A DNA stretch of 64,000 nt from Desulfatiglandales bacterium (GTDB lineage Bacteria > Desulfobacterota > DSM-4660 > Desulfatiglandales > Desulfatiglandaceae): positions 3,200,001 to 3,264,000 of the forward strand of contig OY762721.1 in assembly GCA_963666345.1 (NCBI GenBank), in the 5' to 3' direction. The notes under the pieces were generated by a model, which saw nothing but the letters and a program-made list of their open reading frames with translations, did no database searches and had not been told where the DNA came from. The number at the start of each line of letters is the position of its first letter. The stretch's first letter is position 1. The translations under genes were made by a program, and so were the position numbers. Shown in pieces: positions 57,973-64,000 of the stretch.

Positions 57973-59103
57973 ATGAATGAGGCGATGATGGGTTTTTTGG
58001 GTTCTTTTATGGAATTTGAAATCGTCGGCAATAAATTATGGCGTATTATTGCGCTATTTGGAATTATACTTATTTCATTTATTCTTGGAAAGATCCTGAA
58101 GTATATCCTACAAAAATCGGCCGTCAGGGTAGAAAACCTTCAGCGCAGGGTATTAGGGGCAACATTAGATGCTTCCAGTCGTGGAATAGTTTTTTTATTC
58201 TCTGCTTTTGGAATTTCCCTTGGGCTAGCTTTTTTAGAATTAAAGTCCAAAGTAGTTGCAATATCGGAAGTTGCAAGCGCAATCCTTGTGAGCATTGGTA
58301 TCGGTTATTTTCTATTCTGGCTGGTGGAGATTCCCAGTAGATGGCTAGCTGAAATTGCGGAAAAAACCGAGAGCAAGCTGGATGACACTCTGGTTCCTAT
58401 CATAAGAAAAAGCCTGCGAATCACCATAATCATTCTTGTTCTAGTTCAGATTGCTCAAACATTGAGTGATAAACCCATTACTTCAATCATTGCGTGTTTG
58501 GGGATTGGTGGCCTTGCCTTTGCTCTAGCAGCACAAGACACGATCAAAAATTTTTTTGGCTTTATTGTGCTTTTAATTGATAAACCATTTAAGATCGGCG
58601 ACCGTGTTGTTTTTGAAGGTCATGACGGGCCTGTTGAAGAGATGGGTTTTCGTTCAACGAAAATTAGGACATTGGATGGTCATCTTGTGGCGGTTCCGAA
58701 TGGTCAGCTTGCCAACCAGGTCATAAGGAATATAACAAGCCGTCCATTTATTAAACGGACGGTCAATTTGACAATTACCTACGATACACCACCTGAAAAA
58801 ATTGACCGTGCCGTTGAGATTCTTAAAGAGATTTTGGATAACCACGACGGAATGGCTGAAAAGCGTCCGCCGCATATCTATTTCAATGATTTTAACGCAG
58901 ATTCTCTCAATATCATTGTGATTTACTGGTACCACCCTCCCGATTATTGGGATTACATGGCTTTTTCTGAAAAGTTTAATAAAGAAGTTTTTCGAAGGTT
59001 TAATGAAGAAAAAATTGATTTCGCATTTCCGACCCAAACAGTATATTTGGCAGGAGATCCCTCACGACCTTTAGATATCGGGATCAATAAGGAAGGTGCT
59101 TGA
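57973..59103 (+). CDS. MscS-family mechanosensitive channel
   Basis: GIGGLAFALAAQDTIKNFFG, DKPFKIGD, GFRSTKIRT, VPNG, FAFPTQ. Confidence 0.92.
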   Translation: MNEAMMGFLGSFMEFEIVGNKLWRIIALFGIILISFILGKILKYILQKSAVRVENLQRRVLGATLDASSRGIVFLFSAFGISLGLAFLELKSKVVAISEVASAILVSIGIGYFLFWLVEIPSRWLAEIAEKTESKLDDTLVPIIRKSLRITIIILVLVQIAQTLSDKPITSIIACLGIGGLAFALAAQDTIKNFFGFIVLLIDKPFKIGDRVVFEGHDGPVEEMGFRSTKIRTLDGHLVAVPNGQLANQVIRNITSRPFIKRTVNLTITYDTPPEKIDRAVEILKEILDNHDGMAEKRPPHIYFNDFNADSLNIIVIYWYHPPDYWDYMAFSEKFNKEVFRRFNEEKIDFAFPTQTVYLAGDPSRPLDIGINKEGA

Positions 59104-59379
59104 TCAGATCATGACGCCATATCATACGCGAAGATTTCGTTCGGCCTACACCGCAGAGTTCCAGACAAGAGGATTAATCTTCTTATATTTAGCAACTTTA
59201 ACGGTTATAACAGGCATTACCCTGCATATTTTATGAAGATATTATTCATTTTCAAATTCCATCTATAGTTCACTGTTTTATAGTCTTTATTTTTTGGTGC
59301 TGATATCTTTTTTGCACTCTGAATAAGATGGTCTCTTTTCCCTTTCAAAAAAAAATATATCAAAACGGAGTAATCGACT

Positions 59380-60381
59380 ATGTCAGGAACAGATGTGTTG
59401 ATTATGGCCATCTTTTTGATTGGTCTTTTGGGATTCTCAGCTTTTTTTTCAGGGTCCGAGACGGCCCTCATGTCCATTAGCAGGCTCCGGCTAAGACATC
59501 TGGTCAAAACAAAACCAATGCGAGTGAAGCTTGTCGAGCGTGTTTTGAAAAGACCTGAAAAGCTCATCGGGACTATTCTACTGGGAAACAACCTCGTAAA
59601 TGTGGCAATGTCGGCTATTGCAACTGCGCTTGCCATCTCCATGTGGGGAGACAAGGGCATCGTCTATGTAACAATTGTCTTGACCTTTGCAATTTTGATA
59701 TTTGCCGAGATTACTCCGAAGGTTTATGCAAAATATTTTAACGAACGCGTCTCTTTTCTTACCGCACCCATTCTCAACATACTCATGATTTTTTTAAATC
59801 CTGTCGTAATTATCGTGACCTATCTCAGCGGCAGGATTCTATTTTTATGTGGTATTGATGTGTCCAAGATCGAAAAACCTCTGATGAGTGAAGATGAAGT
59901 TCTCACATGCATTAAGATGGGCTGGAGCGACGGTACGATTACCTCTGAAGAAAGACTTATGCTTTCAAGGGTTTTCACTTTAAATGACAAAGCCGTTGGT
60001 GATGTAATGATACCGAAAGAAAAAGTGATGAGTATCGATTCTGATGCACCCCTTGAAAAGATTTACAATGTCATCGTAAGGACGGGGCACAGCCGTTTTC
60101 CTGTAGGGGATATCAATAAGTCGGATTTCATAGGTTTTATTCATGTAAAGGACCTTTTCCGAGTGAAAGATGAAAAAGGCGCTGACTTTTTAAAAGATTT
60201 TATAAGGCCTCCTTACTTTGTGCCGGAAAACAAAAAAATTGATGCCCAGCTAAGGGATTTTCAAGCGCAGAAACTTCATCAAGCCATTGTTAAAAAAGCT
60301 GATGGTTCCATTACTGGTTTGATTACTCTGGAAGATATCCTGGAGGAACTTGTAGGAAGTATCCAGGATGAGCATGATTAG
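59380..60381 (+). CDS. CNNM/DUF21 + CBS-pair (HlyC/CorC family) membrane protein
   Basis: SAFFSGSETAL, TILLGNNLVN, FAEITPK, GHSRFPV, TLEDILEELVG; ends without the CorC_HlyC domain. Confidence 0.9.
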   Translation: MSGTDVLIMAIFLIGLLGFSAFFSGSETALMSISRLRLRHLVKTKPMRVKLVERVLKRPEKLIGTILLGNNLVNVAMSAIATALAISMWGDKGIVYVTIVLTFAILIFAEITPKVYAKYFNERVSFLTAPILNILMIFLNPVVIIVTYLSGRILFLCGIDVSKIEKPLMSEDEVLTCIKMGWSDGTITSEERLMLSRVFTLNDKAVGDVMIPKEKVMSIDSDAPLEKIYNVIVRTGHSRFPVGDINKSDFIGFIHVKDLFRVKDEKGADFLKDFIRPPYFVPENKKIDAQLRDFQAQKLHQAIVKKADGSITGLITLEDILEELVGSIQDEHD

Positions 60382-60404
60382 ACAACTCAAGCAAGGAGGA
60401 AAAA

Positions 60405-61442
60405 ATGTCAGCGAATTCAAAGGGATTGGATAGAAGGAATTTTCTGAAATTTGCAGCACTTGCAACCGGTGGCGCCGCATTACACGGCAGTTTGTCTTTC
60501 CCGGGTGCGGCTCAGGCAGGTGAAGAACCGGAAAGCCCGATTTATCTCGCTCTGAACATGTCCAAGGTGTCCAATAATGAGGAAAGTTTCAGGCTGATGA
60601 AAAAGGTCGGTCCGAAGGTCTGCATTACCACTGCGACCCATTCGGGATTTGTCGGCTTTCAGGCAAACATCCAGACAGGCATACTGCCTCTTGCCGGCAG
60701 ATATGGGGGCGGCAAGGTGCATATGGAAAAGGAACTTAATCCCATACGAAACTATCAATACACCATGTGGAGACACTGGCAGGATCATGATGATTTTCAT
60801 CAAAAGCAGTTTAACCGTATCTTCGAGCTCTGCGGAAGCTGCCTGGGTATGGTGATAGAAGGGCCTTGGGAGCCTGTCTACAGGATTGTAAAGGCAAAGA
60901 TGGTTCCTATAAGGTCAATGGGGCAGATTGTCGATCTGGCAGGGGATATCCGGCAGAAAAAGGACTTTATTCGTTTTGCCACACCACGGAGATGCGTGGC
61001 CATGGCCGAACATACGGTGATGCCTGGAAAAGAGAAGGAATTCGAACAGGGGGCGATTGCAACAATGGAGGCACTGTCCGATTCCACCGGGTTTCTTGGG
61101 TATATGATTCTTAAGCAGATCGGGGTCTGCGCCCTTGGAAGCTTCATGATGGATCCTAAGTCAATGGCTGAAAGCCTTCAAACCTTGGGTGCCAATCCGC
61201 CGGAAAATCCCAGGCCCCTGTTCGAGACTCCCAGTGCTAGGCCTAGTCCACCTGAATATCTTATACACAGCGAATGGGATGCAGCGGAAATGGCGCAACT
61301 GGGTTTTGCCAAAGTCCTTGTAAATAACAGGATCAGGAAGATTCATGATGACGGGGTCATGGCTCACTTGATTAGAGGGCCTTATATAATGTTCTTCCAG
61401 CCGATGATGGAGGAGCCGGGCTGGAGGTCTATGATCTCCTAG
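60405..61442 (+). CDS. sor: Sulfur oxygenase/reductase (SOR) family protein with a Tat signal peptide
   Basis: VGPKVC, GFVGFQ, RYGG, QYTMW..W.DH...H, LCGSC, GPWEP motifs; N-terminal DRRNFLK, hydrophobic stretch and AQA cleavage site. Confidence 0.9.
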   Translation: MSANSKGLDRRNFLKFAALATGGAALHGSLSFPGAAQAGEEPESPIYLALNMSKVSNNEESFRLMKKVGPKVCITTATHSGFVGFQANIQTGILPLAGRYGGGKVHMEKELNPIRNYQYTMWRHWQDHDDFHQKQFNRIFELCGSCLGMVIEGPWEPVYRIVKAKMVPIRSMGQIVDLAGDIRQKKDFIRFATPRRCVAMAEHTVMPGKEKEFEQGAIATMEALSDSTGFLGYMILKQIGVCALGSFMMDPKSMAESLQTLGANPPENPRPLFETPSARPSPPEYLIHSEWDAAEMAQLGFAKVLVNNRIRKIHDDGVMAHLIRGPYIMFFQPMMEEPGWRSMIS

Positions 61443-61510
61443 ATACTGAAGACCGGCATTCATTCGGATTTTGAGCAAACGGAGACTTTGACAACGGAGA
61501 GGCTTAAACA

Positions 61511-63637
61511 ATGTCTATAAAAGAGTTCCGGCCGGGAAAACCCTACCCTCTGGGTGCGACCTTTGACGGAGAAGGAACCAATTTTGCCCTTTTTTCAGAA
61601 TGCGCGGAAGGAGTCGAACTGCTCCTTTTTGATCACAGTGAGGATCAAAGGCCGACAGATATAATTTCATTAGGGGAAAGGACCGCCTTTGTCTGGCATC
61701 GCTATATACCTGGAATAAAACCCCCTCAGTTTTACGCCTTCAGGGTCAATGGCCCCTATGAACCTGAGAAAGGACACAGATGCAATCCCTCAAAAGCCCT
61801 CCTCGACCCCTATGCTAGGGCTATTTCCGGAACCATTCAGTGGAATGATGTGCTGTTCGGTTATACACTGGGTAATCCCGATGAAGATCTCAAGCCAGAT
61901 GAACGGGACTCCTGCCCCTATGTGCCCAAATGCGTTGTTGTGGATCCCTCATATGACTGGGAAGGTGACCTGCTGCCCCGGATTCCCTGGGATGAGACCG
62001 TCATCTATGAAGCCCATGTTAAGGGCTTGACAATGAGACATCCGGAAGTGGAGGAAGAAAAACGCGGAACCTATGCAGGATTATGCGCCCCGGCTGTCCT
62101 CGATTATCTGAAAGGCCTTGGGATAACCGCTGTGGAGCTTCTCCCTGTTCACCAGCACGTGGACGACAGGACTCTTGTGAACAGGGGACTTACAAATTAC
62201 TGGGGATATAATACCATCAGTTACTTTGCCCCGGATTGCCGCTATTCCAGCTCGGGCGGCAATGGAGAGCAGGTTCAAGAATTCAAGGACATGGTGAAAG
62301 CCTTTCACAGGGCCGGCATCGAAATGATACTCGATGTAGTTTACAATCACACGGCGGAAGGGAACCAACTAGGCCCCACCCTTTCCTTCCGAGGCATCGA
62401 TAATATGTCTTACTACCATCCTTCCCCTGATAACCCCCGCTATTACATGGATTTCACAGGAACCGGGAACAGTTTGCGTATGTCGCATCCTAACGTTACC
62501 CAGCTCATAATGGACAGTTTGCGCTATTGGGTGATGGAGATGCATATAGATGGTTTCAGGTTTGATCTTGCATCGACCCTCGCAAGGGAGCTTTTCGAGG
62601 TGGACAGGCTATCAGCCTTTTTTGATATCATCCAGCAGGACCCTGTTCTGTCAAGGGTTAAGCTCATCGCTGAGCCATGGGATCTGGGGCCGGGCGGATA
62701 CCAGGTCGGAAATTTTCCACCTCTCTGGACGGAATGGAATGGAAAGTTCCGGGATACTGTCAGGCATTTCTGGAAAGGTGATGAGGGTCAGGTTTCTGAT
62801 CTGGCTTACCGGTTGACGGGTTCAAGTGATCTGTACCGGGACGACGGTCGAAAACCTTATGCCAGTATCAACTTCGTTACCTGTCACGACGGATTCACAA
62901 TGAATGATCTTGTAAGCTATAATGAAAAGCACAATGATGCGAATCTTGAAGATAACAAAGACGGTACTGAGAACAACATAAGCTGGAACTGCGGTGCGGA
63001 AGGGCCTGTTGATGATCCTGAGATAATCGGACTCAGGACCCGTCAAAAAAAGAACTTTCTTGCAACCGTCTTTCTCTCCCAGGGTGTGCCGATGCTTCTA
63101 GGAGGAGACGAAACAGGCAGGACCCAACAGGGCAACAATAATGCCTATTGCCAGGACAATGATATAAGCTGGTATAGCTGGGATCTCCAGGAATCTGAAA
63201 AGGGTCTGCTTGAGTTCAGTCGATCCCTAATTGCTCTGAGAAAGAGACATCCTATCTTCAGGCGGAGGAAATTCTTTAAAGGTCAGGGTTTTTTCGGGGC
63301 CGAGTTAAAGGATCTGACCTGGTTGAAACCGGATGGAGGAGAGATGTCGGATCCGGACTGGAAAGATCCCGGCCTAAGGACCATCGGAATCTTACTGTCG
63401 GGCGATTCTATAACCGAGACCGACCGATCAGGCAGGAAGATCCTTGACGACACCTTTTTGATCCTCATGAATACCTTTCATCAAATGATCCCTTTTAAGA
63501 TGCCTGCATCGGAAAAACCTTGGAAACTGGTATTCGATACCTTTCGGGGAGGCTTTGAACAAGACCATGAGGTAAAAAGAGAGGTTATTTACAGCCTTGC
63601 GGCACGCTCTGTTTCCCTATTTCAAAAACACAGGTAG
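61511..63637 (+). CDS. glgX: Glycogen debranching enzyme GlgX
   Basis: [53 protein letters not shown]. Confidence 0.96.
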   Translation: MSIKEFRPGKPYPLGATFDGEGTNFALFSECAEGVELLLFDHSEDQRPTDIISLGERTAFVWHRYIPGIKPPQFYAFRVNGPYEPEKGHRCNPSKALLDPYARAISGTIQWNDVLFGYTLGNPDEDLKPDERDSCPYVPKCVVVDPSYDWEGDLLPRIPWDETVIYEAHVKGLTMRHPEVEEEKRGTYAGLCAPAVLDYLKGLGITAVELLPVHQHVDDRTLVNRGLTNYWGYNTISYFAPDCRYSSSGGNGEQVQEFKDMVKAFHRAGIEMILDVVYNHTAEGNQLGPTLSFRGIDNMSYYHPSPDNPRYYMDFTGTGNSLRMSHPNVTQLIMDSLRYWVMEMHIDGFRFDLASTLARELFEVDRLSAFFDIIQQDPVLSRVKLIAEPWDLGPGGYQVGNFPPLWTEWNGKFRDTVRHFWKGDEGQVSDLAYRLTGSSDLYRDDGRKPYASINFVTCHDGFTMNDLVSYNEKHNDANLEDNKDGTENNISWNCGAEGPVDDPEIIGLRTRQKKNFLATVFLSQGVPMLLGGDETGRTQQGNNNAYCQDNDISWYSWDLQESEKGLLEFSRSLIALRKRHPIFRRRKFFKGQGFFGAELKDLTWLKPDGGEMSDPDWKDPGLRTIGILLSGDSITETDRSGRKILDDTFLILMNTFHQMIPFKMPASEKPWKLVFDTFRGGFEQDHEVKREVIYSLAARSVSLFQKHR

Positions 63638-63709
63638 GGATAGATGAAAACGCGAGCTTAAACGACTTATATGCATCACCTTTTTGTTCAACATTGAAAG
63701 GAGACGGCC

Positions 63710-64000
63710 ATGAAACAGAGAAAATCGAAGGGTAACACCGGAATGCGAAGGGTCACTTTCTCGCTTGATGCGCCTCAGGCAAACGAGGTCTATTTGATGG
63801 GGGACTTCAGTGGTTGGAGGGCTAAAACGCATTCCTTGAAAAAGAACCGGGACGGGATATGGCAAAAGATCTTGATGCTTGAGCCCGGCCGGTACGAATA
63901 CAGGTATCTGGTCGACGGAGACTGGTGGAATGACCCCCAAAACGACCAGATGTGCCCCAATTGTTTCGGGACACAAAATAGCGTGATCAGGATAAAGGAA
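63710..64000 (+). CDS. CBM48 / AMPK-beta-like glycogen-binding protein, runs off the window
   Basis: Manual translation RVTFSLDAPQANEVYLMGDFSGW...GIW...LEPGRYEYRYLVDGDWWNDP...FGTQNSVI; RBS GGAG. Confidence 0.85.
   Translation, partial: MKQRKSKGNTGMRRVTFSLDAPQANEVYLMGDFSGWRAKTHSLKKNRDGIWQKILMLEPGRYEYRYLVDGDWWNDPQNDQMCPNCFGTQNSVIRIKE

Noticed and set aside
13508..64000. UGA-recoded selenoproteins
   Set aside because: The recognisable redox proteins (NfnAB, AOR, Tpx, SOR) are full length with Cys at the expected sites; I saw no in-frame TGA splitting a known domain, though this was not checked exhaustively

Overview
This 64 kb window looks like chromosome from an anaerobic Desulfobacterota (deltaproteobacterial) organism. 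That assignment is inferred from gene content: selB/yqeC, nfnAB, tungsten-type AOR, ahbB, a stand-alone F0 atp operon and a Dif-like chemosensory cluster. The left ~13 kb is an accessory region ending at tRNA-Asn(GTT). It holds decayed HsdR and RecG-C/HTH genes, HEAT + SWIM + SNF2 genes, an AbiE-type toxin-antitoxin pair, a small GIY-YIG nuclease and an intact ISL3 with 24-bp IRs and an 8-bp TSD. The middle is mostly housekeeping and metabolic genes, sprinkled with small repeats: two MITE copies each with its own AANNTT duplication, heptamer-based inverted repeats, and octamer arrays around a four-helix-bundle gene remnant. Two results stand out. (1) A sulfur oxygenase/reductase (SOR) homolog keeps all catalytic residues but carries a twin-arginine export signal, in an apparent anaerobe. 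(2) A tRNA-Asn/GIY-YIG locus contains tRNA fragments and a 19-nt palindrome (ATCCCGCC-N3-GGCGGGAC) that recurs inside a MITE 24 kb away. All family assignments come from motif recognition by eye; no searches were run.
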